DNA from: Candidatus Moraniibacteriota bacterium
Lineage (GTDB): Bacteria > Patescibacteriota > Minisyncoccia > Moranbacterales > UBA1568
Assembly (NCBI GenBank): GCA_016699975.1
Contig: CP064994.1
Location: 65,222-129,221, forward strand
Reading direction: 5' to 3'
Length of the DNA: 64,000 bases
In this document: piece after piece, positions 46,957-56,904 of the stretch
How positions within the stretch are numbered: position 1 is the first letter of the stretch
How the letters are laid out: every line of letters starts with the position of its first letter
Notes under the pieces: model-generated
Seen by the model: the letters and a program-made list of their open reading frames with translations, nothing else
Databases searched by the model: none
What the model was told of the DNA's origin: nothing
Position numbers and translations under genes: made by a program

Positions 46957-49233
46957 CTAAATGTTTCGTACACGATGATCGTTGTTCAGTCTTTTCAATT
47001 GATCAATATTTTTACTTCCCGAGGCATTACCATTACTATTAATATGATCTTTAATAATTTTAGCATTCACCAAACCATCATCTCCTGTTTCTGCCATCTT
47101 GGAAATAATATCCACATATTTCCCGCGAACGTTTTCTGTTATGAGATTAAGATTACTATTGATAACAGAGGATTTGAGACGCTTCAAAGAATCTCCATCG
47201 CCTCGCTGGAACAGGACCTTCTTCGCTTCTTCTTCTGAATCTATAGACTTATGAAATTCTCCCGTTTGTGCGACGTGGGCCGATTGTATATTACGAAGAA
47301 CATCAAAGTCTTTCAAATTCTTCCAGTCGGTCGCTGTTATTTCACTTCCATTCGAATCAACTCCTTTTATTTTACTATCCTTGATATCTTGGCTAATTTT
47401 TGTAATAGCTCCATCAAGCGCGGTTTTAATTTGAGTTGCATAGGCTCCTCCCTTCGACCTCAACTCTTCAAAGTCTTTATTGGTAATCGTCTTTGCTTTA
47501 AAAGCGTACTCCAAAAGCTGAGGAGTCAAGCTCTTATCCGATATTTTCTTCCAGTCAATTTTCCCGGTCGCCACATAGCTCTCCAGCTGCTTCGTATTCA
47601 ACACCCCATTCTTATCGGTAAATGCGGCTACGGGATTAAAGTTGCGCATCTTCGATTCAAAAACTTTTGAAACCTGAGAATTTTCTCCAAAGAGATTCCT
47701 CACCGTGTTCAAATCATTTTGTGTTGCAAGATTACGATCAGCAAGCTCTATAAGCGCCGCCGCTTTCTCGTGAGTATTTCCCTTCTGCACGATCTCATTG
47801 AGTTTATCAGGATCCAAATCAACCATGCCTTTCTTCTTAGCTGCATCGTCAACCAATTTTTTATTTTCTTGGTCAAGTCTCGTTTGAGCAGCATCTCCAC
47901 CACCCGCTCGTACCGCCCACCTGCGTTCCCGGCTAGCAAGTGCTTCTTTTCCAAATCCAAGAGCATTTGCTCTATCTTGAATCGCTTGTTTCACTCCTCC
48001 CGTTATTCCTAATTGCCGCAAAGGGTAAGTAATCGGTGCGTGCCAGCCTCTTCTTACCCAATTTCCCATTTTTCTTCCCGCATTCGAGCCCCACTTTATA
48101 CCAAGCCCTGATATATCATTACTGGATTTCTCGGCCCAGGTAATAGCAATCCAAAAAAGCACAATGGGAATGGCAAAAAATGCAACCGCCGAGACCATAG
48201 AATCATTCACCGAATTCCCCGAAGAAACAAACGCACCTCCAGTTGCATAGTTAGGATAAATCAATGCACCCGCTTCGCGCATAACAATGATCGCAATGAG
48301 GGTCAACATCACGGCAATAGGACCATAAAATGCCCATTTAAAAAGTTTTGACCACCAGTCTCGCGCATAACTTTGAAGTGCTGGGGTAATCATCCCCACA
48401 AAACCAATTGGAGCAAACATTACAAGAATCGCAAGCGAAATCATACGAACCACCATCAAGACTGCGAGCGTCAAAAACGATGCGCCGAACAAAAACATAC
48501 AAATGGTAGCAGCAAGAAGATGGGTGGTACTAAAAGAAGAAATACTTGTCGTACCCTCAATCCCTGGAATAAGAATTTTTTGTATATTTGAAGAGCCAAG
48601 CAAACCTTCGGCAAATTTCCCACTCGTAAAAGCACTCGCTGTATTTGCCTCAGGACTTCCACCAAACACGTTTTGTGCAAAGAAATACATGGGAACATTG
48701 GCAATATCTATTACAAAGCGCGCAATAGGGAAGCTAAAATTCACCAAGAGCGCCATTATAATAAGAAGCGGAATGGTTTTCTTGTATTCATACTTATCAA
48801 GTTGAAATATGGTCGCAAAGGCCGAAAACAAAAGAACAAGGATAAAAAAGATATTGCAAAAATCTCGCACCACTATCCATACCTCATACAGCGCACCGGC
48901 ATTCATGAGTTTGGTGAACGTATTCACATCAATCGCCCACACAAACATATTCGCCGCGAGCATGGTAATCCAAGAAAAAAACACAAAAAAGGGGTAAATT
49001 AAAACATTCAAAGAAGTGGAGAACCAGCTTGACATCGAATCTCCTCCTTGCGTTTGTGCAAATAAAACAGTAGGCAAAAACAAAAAAATCCAAAGAAAGA
49101 TGAAAAATCTTCCCAAGGAGGGGGAATTCAAAAAAATGCGCGAGAAAAATTTCTGTATCGTTTTTATTTGAGAGAGAAGAATCACAAGAAGAGAGGTAAG
49201 AAGCACACTTCTTTTTCGAACAAAGTATATCAC
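46957..49233 (-). CDS. VirB6/TrbL-like polytopic membrane protein with long hydrophilic C-terminal extension
   Basis: A signal/TM segment and six or more TM helices occupy the first ~400 aa, then ~350 aa are hydrophilic and Lys/Asn-rich. AT-rich composition. Confidence 0.6.
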   Translation of the reverse strand: MIYFVRKRSVLLTSLLVILLSQIKTIQKFFSRIFLNSPSLGRFFIFLWIFLFLPTVLFAQTQGGDSMSSWFSTSLNVLIYPFFVFFSWITMLAANMFVWAIDVNTFTKLMNAGALYEVWIVVRDFCNIFFILVLLFSAFATIFQLDKYEYKKTIPLLIIMALLVNFSFPIARFVIDIANVPMYFFAQNVFGGSPEANTASAFTSGKFAEGLLGSSNIQKILIPGIEGTTSISSFSTTHLLAATICMFLFGASFLTLAVLMVVRMISLAILVMFAPIGFVGMITPALQSYARDWWSKLFKWAFYGPIAVMLTLIAIIVMREAGALIYPNYATGGAFVSSGNSVNDSMVSAVAFFAIPIVLFWIAITWAEKSSNDISGLGIKWGSNAGRKMGNWVRRGWHAPITYPLRQLGITGGVKQAIQDRANALGFGKEALASRERRWAVRAGGGDAAQTRLDQENKKLVDDAAKKKGMVDLDPDKLNEIVQKGNTHEKAAALIELADRNLATQNDLNTVRNLFGENSQVSKVFESKMRNFNPVAAFTDKNGVLNTKQLESYVATGKIDWKKISDKSLTPQLLEYAFKAKTITNKDFEELRSKGGAYATQIKTALDGAITKISQDIKDSKIKGVDSNGSEITATDWKNLKDFDVLRNIQSAHVAQTGEFHKSIDSEEEAKKVLFQRGDGDSLKRLKSSVINSNLNLITENVRGKYVDIISKMAETGDDGLVNAKIIKDHINSNGNASGSKNIDQLKRLNNDHRVRNI

Positions 49234-50208
49234 AAAAAAGAGGAGTCAAGAAATTTCCTGAGAAGCACACCCTTTTCTCCTTGGTAATGATATTCTCTTC
49301 TGTATTCTTTAAATAAAATTATCGTTATTAGTGATGTGTGTTTGTTGAAAAGAAGCTTATTTGCTTCTAGATGCAAAAAGATAAGGAAAAGAGAGTGGTG
49401 GAAGAAGTACTAAAGTTTGGTGGAAAAAAAGAAATTTTCTTTTTTAGGAAAGTTATTTACGAGAACATCGGGAGAATTCACAGGGTTTTTCTTTGTTTTT
49501 TCACCGAAAAAGATGAGATAACAACAGGATATCAACAATTTTTCAGATATTTTAAAAAAAGAATTTCTTTTTCTAGAATTATTAATAACAAAAATTTTCT
49601 TGGTGGCTCCTTGTTTTCTGAAAAGGAGGACGTTTTTAGAGGATTTTTACTTTACAGAAGTATCAAAGAAAACTTCATTCTTTCTCTTTGAAGCAGAGTT
49701 TTTGAGTGATATTGCTACAAACGAAACATTTTTTTGGAACCGAACTCCAGAATTCCTGTCATTTCCCATAAGGTTCTTCATTTGATTTGACGGAGAATAC
49801 ACAAAAAAGAGTTTTTCTGAACCTGTTTTTTATGAGAGCTTCCAAAAATTCTCTTGAAATCTTGTCCTTTGACCCATTTGAGCTCATCTGAGAGAAGGAG
49901 TTTTTGTATTGAGTGGTGGAAGTCTTGAAAAGGCAATGCTCTTGATCGTTACTTAAGCAAATTTCTGTAAAATTTTTCAGAGTTCTCAGCATGATTTATC
50001 GTAATTCTTTCTCATTCTCTCTCCATTCACATTTCTTTCGGTAAAGATCACACTCTCATTTCGTTTGATTGAGCGGTGTATTCTTGGTTTTTTTCACTTC
50101 TTCAAATCACATGTTCCCAATTTTTTCAGTGCTGCTTTTAATTTTAGAAAAATACTCCCGAAGGGAGTATTGTAAAGATTTAAAAAATGGTGTTTTGAAG
50201 CCTCTTCC

Positions 50209-51396
50209 TTAGTAAATGTAGCCTTTAATACTTCGACTGGTTGTGGGAAGGGTGCGGCGGTTTGTTTTTCCCCACCCAACATAATTCATTTCGCTGACGG
50301 TAATTTCATCGCCGGACACTTTTTCCACAAGGGCTACGTGTCCGTAATATCGATTTTCGGTGGTGACGACAATGGAGCCGACGCGAGGTGCTTTCCCAGT
50401 TTTGTATCCGAGCGCTTTAGCATTGTAAAGCCATGTCCCAGCATTTCCTCCCCACGGAACATAGCGCTTTTGGGAGACATACCATGTACAGTAGCCAAAA
50501 GGAAAGCGGTGTCCTGAACCGGCTTTCCCTTCCGGAGTGCGCCAACCAGAAATATCAGTTGCTGATCCTCCTGAAGACGTTGCATATTCGCGTCGCTCAA
50601 AAACAGGAGCTGGTTTCGGCGCTTCCTCTTTGTAGCCATCGGGAATAATGAGTTCCTCGCCCGGCTCAATGCGGCCGTCGGCGGGGAGGTTGTTAAAGGC
50701 GATAATTCGATCCTTGTCGCCATGGTACTTCTTGGCGATATCTTCGAGTGTGTCTTTTTCGGAGACAATATGCTTGAGTCCCGCGACCGGAAGAATAAAT
50801 ATCTGATCGCCGGGGCGTATCTCGTCCACATTTTGGAGATCATTCGCCCACAGAATAGTATTAACAGTAATACGATGTTTTTCGGCTACACTGCTTAGGG
50901 TGTCGCCATCTTGAATGGTGTAGATACTCACCCCACCTTCTTCCTCAGGATCTTTTTGAATAAGAGGAGAGAGATCGGCGGAGGCAATGGCGGGCAATCT
51001 TTTGGTTTCCTCGCTTTCTTCAAGGAGTGCCGAGGGATCGACGGGAGTGGATGCTTGAGCGAGGGGAAGTCCAGAGAGACTTTCTCGAATGGAAGGCGCC
51101 GATGGCTTTGGCGTGCCAGTATTTTTGGAATAAAAATAGCCGGAGAGCACGCCCCCAGGCTTTTCAGAAGAAGAGATAATAGTTCCTGTCACCAAAACGG
51201 CGCTTCCGAGCACAACCGAGAGGGCAGAATATTGGCGAAATAAATGAAGAATGCGAACCGTACGGTGTTGTTTGAAAGAAACAACACATTTTCGCTGAAA
51301 ACGGTGAAATTCAGTGTTCCCTCTTTTCAGAAACCCTCGAATTCGCTCTGAGAGACGGGTTTCTGTGGCGCGACGTATACGAGGAGAAATACGCAA
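50209..51396 (-). CDS. peptidoglycan hydrolase: 2x LysM + C-terminal CHAP domain
   Basis: Two LysM repeats (DTLSSVAEKHRITVNTILWAN; DTLEDIAKKYHGDKDRIIAFNN) are followed by a CHAP domain (GYCTWYVSQK...GNAGTW...GSIVV...GHVALVE). The true start is probably internal, at the signal anchor. Confidence 0.75.
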   Translation of the reverse strand: MRISPRIRRATETRLSERIRGFLKRGNTEFHRFQRKCVVSFKQHRTVRILHLFRQYSALSVVLGSAVLVTGTIISSSEKPGGVLSGYFYSKNTGTPKPSAPSIRESLSGLPLAQASTPVDPSALLEESEETKRLPAIASADLSPLIQKDPEEEGGVSIYTIQDGDTLSSVAEKHRITVNTILWANDLQNVDEIRPGDQIFILPVAGLKHIVSEKDTLEDIAKKYHGDKDRIIAFNNLPADGRIEPGEELIIPDGYKEEAPKPAPVFERREYATSSGGSATDISGWRTPEGKAGSGHRFPFGYCTWYVSQKRYVPWGGNAGTWLYNAKALGYKTGKAPRVGSIVVTTENRYYGHVALVEKVSGDEITVSEMNYVGWGKTNRRTLPTTSRSIKGYIY

Positions 51397-51625
51397 TTCC
51401 TTTCAATTGCTTCGCCACCGTAGAGACTCGAAAGAAATGAGTCTCATTGAGAGGGGAAGCCTACGGTTTTTACGCAACGTTGAGTATACGAAAGCGGCCT
51501 TATATTGTCAATGTTTTTTGATATATTTTTGTCAAATATCCTTTGTGAGAGCCAAGAGTTTCCTTCTTCTCCGTGCTATACTGAAAAGACATCAGAAGAA
51601 GAAAAAGCTTTTCAAATCAGCCTCT

Positions 51626-52561
51626 ATGGTGCCTATTCCTCACATGCTTCATCGCTTTCTCGAATATGTAGAAATTGAACGTGGCCGATCTCCAAAAACA
51701 GTGGAGACGTACGCGCGTGTATTGCGGCAGTTTTTCGCGTGGGGGAATATCCAAATGATTGATGATATAACACTTGAAACGCTGCGAAAATATCGAATAT
51801 TTTTGAATCGAAAAACCAACACTCGCGGCGAAGAACTCAGAAAAAGTACACAGAATCACCATGTAATTGTCCTTCGTGTGTTTTTGCGCTATCTCGCAAA
51901 GAACGGGTATACCTCGATTTCTCCGGACATGATTGAAACAGCCAAAGTTCCAGAGCGACAGGTGGAATTTTTAAATCGTGAGGAGTTGGAACGGCTTTTT
52001 GTTGCTTGTGCTGGAATGGGAGAAAACACGCTTCGGAATCGGGCGATTATCGAAGTGTTGTTTTCTACGGGGCTGCGTGTGTCGGAATTAGTTGGTTTGA
52101 ATCGAGAGTCGTTTTCAGGAGCTACAAAAGAATTGAGCGTTCGAGGAAAAGGAGGAAAAGTTCGCCCTATTTTTATCTCTGATCGAGCACGGGAGGCACT
52201 TGATCGTTATCTCGCCGCTCGAAAGGATATTGATCCTGCTCTTTTCATTGCCTCAAAAAAAGGATTTGCGGCCACCTCTTCCCTTTCGGACCGTCGGATA
52301 TCAACGAGAACAGTGGAGCGAATCGTGTCCCAGCTTGCGACGAAGGCGGGAATACTCAAATCCGTTCACCCGCATACGCTTCGACATAGTTTTGCCACGG
52401 ACCTTCTCAAAAATGGCGCCGATATTCGAAGTGTCCAGGCCCTTCTGGGCCATGCTTCCATTACTACGACGCAAATTTATACGCATGTCACCGACCAGGG
52501 TCTTCGTGACATTCACCGGCGTTTCCATGGAAAAGATGAACCAGAAAACGCATCGTCATAA
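51626..52561 (+). CDS. tyrosine site-specific recombinase XerC/XerD-like
   Basis: Catalytic-domain motifs are present (LRNRAIIEVLFSTGLRVSEL; HPHTLRHSFATDLLKNGADIRSVQALLGHASITTTQIYTHV). Start taken at MVPIPHML. Confidence 0.8.
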   Translation: MVPIPHMLHRFLEYVEIERGRSPKTVETYARVLRQFFAWGNIQMIDDITLETLRKYRIFLNRKTNTRGEELRKSTQNHHVIVLRVFLRYLAKNGYTSISPDMIETAKVPERQVEFLNREELERLFVACAGMGENTLRNRAIIEVLFSTGLRVSELVGLNRESFSGATKELSVRGKGGKVRPIFISDRAREALDRYLAARKDIDPALFIASKKGFAATSSLSDRRISTRTVERIVSQLATKAGILKSVHPHTLRHSFATDLLKNGADIRSVQALLGHASITTTQIYTHVTDQGLRDIHRRFHGKDEPENASS

Positions 52562-52692
52562 CTGATCCGTTATTCTCAGGTACCTGACTCCTCGAAAGAA
52601 TGCTCGAATCTTTGTGCGTCGAATAATCAGGATGAGGGGAAGAGTGGGGAGGATTTTCTCGGTTGTTTCGATCCTCTCTTGTCTGTGAAAGT

Positions 52693-54888
52693 TCACGATC
52701 GTGTGAGTGGGGCAATGCCGAGTGCGAGTTTCTTCACTCCTGTCGTTCGAAAAGCGATGGTTGCGAGGGTGCCATCCACTTTAATCACGACGCCATTTCC
52801 GAAGGTGGGATGAGATACGCTGTCTCCGGGACGGAAAGTGTCGGAAGAGAGTTTTTTTCTGGAGGGGAGCGCTTCACGTTGTGAGGAAACAGAGAAATGG
52901 TCATTTTTTTTGGGCCGTGGTTTCTTCTGCTCTATTTCTACCAAATGTTCAGGGATCTCGGCGATGAATCGTGACGGTGCATTCATCTGTGTTGAACCGA
53001 AAATCATTCGCGTTTCCGCAGACACGAGCCAGGCTTTCTCTTTGGCCCTCGTTAATCCGACATACATGAGGCGACGCTCTTCCTCGAGCTCCGCGGGAGA
53101 AAGGGCACTTCGAGAGTGTGGGAATATACCCTCTTCGAGACCCACCAAAAAGACAAAAGGAAATTCAAGACCTTTTGCACTGTGGAGGGTCATGAGATGC
53201 ACGGTGTTCGCGGTGCCATCAATCATATCTGTGTCTGCTACTAGGGCAACCTCTTCTAAGAAAAGCGAAATCGCTTCCGGAAGAGGGGTTCCATCATACT
53301 TTTTTGCAACGGAGAAGAGTTCGCGCACGTTCTCGAGTCGAATTTTTCCTTCTTCCGAGCCATCGTCCAGCATCGAACGGTAGCCGGTTTCGTCGAGAAT
53401 CATCGTAAGAAATGGAGACAGCGTTTCGAATTCGGAAATTTTTTGAGATGCCAAGGTGATGGATTTTGCAAAATCGGCAATAGCTTTTTTCTTGGAAGGC
53501 GGGAGAGGAAGGTTTTCGAAATGAGACCCTTGTGCAAATTCAATCGGATTTTGTCCGGACTTTTTTGACTCTGAAAACCATTTTTCGAGGGTTTTTGCTC
53601 CAATGCCGCGCGCTGGTTCGTTGACGACACGAATGAGAGAGAGTGTGTCCGCGTAATTTGTGACGAGGCGCAGGTAGGAAAGAGCGTCTTTTATTTCTTT
53701 TCGGTGATAGAATTTGAGTCCTCCGACGACACGATAGGGAATCGTGTGGCGCAGGCATGCTTCTTCCAGGGCGCGCGACTGCGCATTTGTGCGGTACAAA
53801 ACAGCGCAGTCGGAAAATGGATGTTGTTTATCGCGGCAGAGTTCGAGAATAGTGCGGGCGACAAAATTTGCTTCTTCGGATTCATCTTCCGCTTCAAAGA
53901 TGCGGATGGGATCGCCACCTGAGGCTTTGGTCCACAGCTTTTTGTGTCGCTGATGAGCATTTCGTTCAATGATGCTTCCGGCAGCGTCGAGAATAACCTG
54001 TGTCGACCGATAGTTCTGATCGAGCGTGACAATAGCTGCTTCTGGATAATCTTTTTCGAAATTCAAAATATTTCGAATATCTGCCTGACGCCATCCGTAG
54101 ATAGACTGGTAATCATCGCCAATCGCAAAGAGATTTCGGTGTTCCTCTGCGAGAAGATGAATAAATCGGTACTGGGCGTGATTGGTGTCTTGGTACTCGT
54201 CTACCAATATGTATCGAAACAGATTTCGGTAGTGATGAAGACGTTCGGGATATTCCCGAAAGAGACGAATGGTGAGCGAAAGAAGATCGTCAAAATCGAG
54301 CGAGTGACTTTCTCGCAGTTCTTTTTGATACCTTCGGTACGATTTGGCAACAAGGTCTTCATAGGCACTCCCTGCTTGCAACTCGAATGCGTTTTCATCA
54401 AGGAGAAGATTTTTCGCTCGGGAGACGGCATCGAGAATTGCGCGTGGATGGATATTTTTGGGATCGATCTCCAGGGACTTCATGACCCGTTTCATAAGGG
54501 CAAGCTGGTCGTCCGCATCGAGAATGGTAAAGGTGGGTTTATATCCCAAGATGGGGATATCTTTTCGAAGAATGCGGGAACAAATACTGTGAAAGGTTCC
54601 GATATGCGGCAGGGCGTCCGTTTTCAAGTGGTGTGATGATGCTTCGGGATCACTGCTCCCCAGGAGAGAGGAGAGGCGTGTTTTCATTTCCTCGGCAGCT
54701 TTGTTGGTAAATGTAACTGCCAGGATATGCCGCGCCAAAACCCCCTTTTCTCGAAGGAGGTGAGCGATACGGTGGGTCAGTGTTTTTGTTTTTCCGCTTC
54801 CCGCACCCGCGACAATGAGAACTGGACCCTCGGTTGTTTCGACGGCACGCTGTTGTTCCGGGTTGAGTTCGGAAGAAGATGATTTCAT
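52693..54888 (-). CDS. uvrD: ATP-dependent DNA helicase UvrD/PcrA
   Basis: LNPEQQRAVETTEGPVLIVAGAGSGKTKTLTHRIAHLL is followed by the full SF1 helicase motif set (YILVDEYQDTN, TLHSAKGLEFPFVFLVGLEEG). Confidence 0.9.
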   Translation of the reverse strand: MKSSSSELNPEQQRAVETTEGPVLIVAGAGSGKTKTLTHRIAHLLREKGVLARHILAVTFTNKAAEEMKTRLSSLLGSSDPEASSHHLKTDALPHIGTFHSICSRILRKDIPILGYKPTFTILDADDQLALMKRVMKSLEIDPKNIHPRAILDAVSRAKNLLLDENAFELQAGSAYEDLVAKSYRRYQKELRESHSLDFDDLLSLTIRLFREYPERLHHYRNLFRYILVDEYQDTNHAQYRFIHLLAEEHRNLFAIGDDYQSIYGWRQADIRNILNFEKDYPEAAIVTLDQNYRSTQVILDAAGSIIERNAHQRHKKLWTKASGGDPIRIFEAEDESEEANFVARTILELCRDKQHPFSDCAVLYRTNAQSRALEEACLRHTIPYRVVGGLKFYHRKEIKDALSYLRLVTNYADTLSLIRVVNEPARGIGAKTLEKWFSESKKSGQNPIEFAQGSHFENLPLPPSKKKAIADFAKSITLASQKISEFETLSPFLTMILDETGYRSMLDDGSEEGKIRLENVRELFSVAKKYDGTPLPEAISLFLEEVALVADTDMIDGTANTVHLMTLHSAKGLEFPFVFLVGLEEGIFPHSRSALSPAELEEERRLMYVGLTRAKEKAWLVSAETRMIFGSTQMNAPSRFIAEIPEHLVEIEQKKPRPKKNDHFSVSSQREALPSRKKLSSDTFRPGDSVSHPTFGNGVVIKVDGTLATIAFRTTGVKKLALGIAPLTRS

Positions 54889-55083
54889 GAGAAAAAAAGA
54901 AGCGATCTTTCGCGGTTTGAACGTTTCGAACGCTCTTTCTAAAAAAGCGCTCTCTCGTGAGGGAAGAGAGTGTGGACTCTCTCATCAGTTGCTGCCTGTC
55001 AGGCGTTGTCGTGAGAGACAGGTAAACTGTACCACACTCTCCCAAAATTGCGCGAGGGAGGAACTCTTTGATATGGTGAAGAT

Positions 55084-55548
55084 ATGTCATTTCTCGCTCG
55101 TATTATTCGATCAATCGAGTTTTCTCCGACCAGCGTCGGCCTCTTTTCGGTTGCGTTTGTGTCGCTTATTGTCTCGAGACTCTTGGTGGAGTCATGGCTT
55201 TTCGGATTTCCAGTCCGTTCGGGGACATTTCTTTTCTACGAATGGTCTCACAACTTCTCTTTCTTTCTCGTAGCCTTCCTGTTGTTCATCCCCCTGCTTC
55301 GATTTTTCGCCCGCATTTCTTTTCGCACCGCTTCTTCCATCATGTTATTCGGATTTCTCATTATCCTCACTCCTCCCGTCATAGATTTTGTTGTTTCTGA
55401 CGGTCGGGGTGTGTGGAGCTTTTATATTTTCGATGGATTTCCTGGACTTCTCAAGCGGTATTTCACGTTTTTCGGTGACCGTCCCGATGTGAGGATCACC
55501 TACAGCGTGCGGATAAAAATAACGCTCGTCACGATATTTATTTCCTGA
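55084..55548 (+). CDS. hypothetical membrane protein (4 TM, 154 aa)
   Basis: Hydrophobic ORF separated from the UbiA-like gene by 25 nt containing T7 and A6 runs. Status uncertain. Confidence 0.35.
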   Translation: MSFLARIIRSIEFSPTSVGLFSVAFVSLIVSRLLVESWLFGFPVRSGTFLFYEWSHNFSFFLVAFLLFIPLLRFFARISFRTASSIMLFGFLIILTPPVIDFVVSDGRGVWSFYIFDGFPGLLKRYFTFFGDRPDVRITYSVRIKITLVTIFIS

Positions 55549-55573
55549 TATATTTTTTTAAAAAACGCGTCGT

Positions 55574-56737
55574 TTGTTTCGTGCTCTCGGAGCGAAAATT
55601 GCTTCCTATACCCTTCTCTTTTTTCTCGGTACATTTCCGTCATGGATAGCGATCATTATGCATGATGTGGTTTCCGGGTCGGGAAGCATTCAAGCCTCTG
55701 ATGTCGCGGGAATATTTTTGTCTCCCTTCTCTTTTTTTTCAAGAGGCGCGATTGATCCGCGGTCGATTCTCAATGCGAAAATGAGCCTCGTTTATTCGCT
55801 CCTTCTTCTTCCGCTCTTTGCGGCGCTTGTTTTTCGTTGGGATAAGAAAGTCTTCTTCGCGCTCTTTCGAAACGCTCGTTTTCCACAAATGCTCTATCAT
55901 GGCGGTCTCCTTGGCATGGGGATGGGGCTTGCCTTTTTTTTCACTCGGCCGGTTGAAGTTTTTGATTTCTTTGATTTTTTGGGGGCAGCATCGCTTCTGA
56001 GCGCGACTTTGTTTGCCTGGTATGCCTCGGTTGTGGTAAATGATACTTTTGACGAAGCGATCGATCAAAAGACCAATTCTTTTCGTCCTCTTCCTTCGCG
56101 AGCGATTGAACCTGTTTTGTACCGAACGATTGGCGCTCTCTTCTTCGCAGCTTCCCTTTTTCTTTCGGCTCTCGTCTCTGTGTCTTCGGCATTGTTTCTT
56201 TTTGCATATCAGGCACTCGCTTGGGCCTACTCTGCTCCCCCCTTTCGGCTCAAGCGTTTTCCGGTGGTCGCATCGCTTCTGAGCGCGGTTGCAAGCCTCC
56301 TTGTTCTTTTTGCAGGCTATACACTCATCTCTTCCGATGGATCCATTCGTACGTTCCCAACCTCGATCGTTTTCCTCTTTTTGTTTGCCTATACTGCCTC
56401 TATTCCGCTTAAAGATTTTAAAGATATCGAGGGTGACCGCTCGGACAGTGTTTGGACACTCCCCGTTCTTCTGGGTCCGGATCGAGCGAAGCTCTTCATC
56501 GCTTCGGGAATGTTTGTTTCGTTTTTGGCGAGCGTATTCGTGTTTCGTGCTCCTCAGCTTTTTTTGCTCGCTCTCCTTTTTGGTGGCTGGTCCTTTTGGG
56601 GAGTTCTCTCAATGAGAGATGCGAAAGTTGTGGCCGGAAAACGAAAAACGGGCAGAATCACGTACCGGTCTGTTTTGTGGTGGATACTTGGAATTGTTTT
56701 TCTCTACGGGCTTTTTGCGGCGGGAATGGTTGTGTAA
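55574..56737 (+). CDS. UbiA-family prenyltransferase (membrane)
   Basis: TTG start. The aspartate-rich motif VVNDTFDEAIDQ (NDxxDxxxD) is present with a second D-rich loop (DFKDIEGD), and there are ~9 TM helices. Confidence 0.7.
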   Translation: MFRALGAKIASYTLLFFLGTFPSWIAIIMHDVVSGSGSIQASDVAGIFLSPFSFFSRGAIDPRSILNAKMSLVYSLLLLPLFAALVFRWDKKVFFALFRNARFPQMLYHGGLLGMGMGLAFFFTRPVEVFDFFDFLGAASLLSATLFAWYASVVVNDTFDEAIDQKTNSFRPLPSRAIEPVLYRTIGALFFAASLFLSALVSVSSALFLFAYQALAWAYSAPPFRLKRFPVVASLLSAVASLLVLFAGYTLISSDGSIRTFPTSIVFLFLFAYTASIPLKDFKDIEGDRSDSVWTLPVLLGPDRAKLFIASGMFVSFLASVFVFRAPQLFLLALLFGGWSFWGVLSMRDAKVVAGKRKTGRITYRSVLWWILGIVFLYGLFAAGMVV

Positions 56738-56904
56738 AGCTCCTTTTCTTCTCTGGCGCTCTTTAGTGCATGTGGGTTAGAGGGCAAGATGGACTCATGG
56801 AAGTATAAACACTCGTTTTTCATGGTTTTGTTGCACGCTTCAGGGATACTTCTGAGACAGCGTGTTTTCGAGAAACGACACCGAAAATTATTCCGAGAGC
56901 GCTC

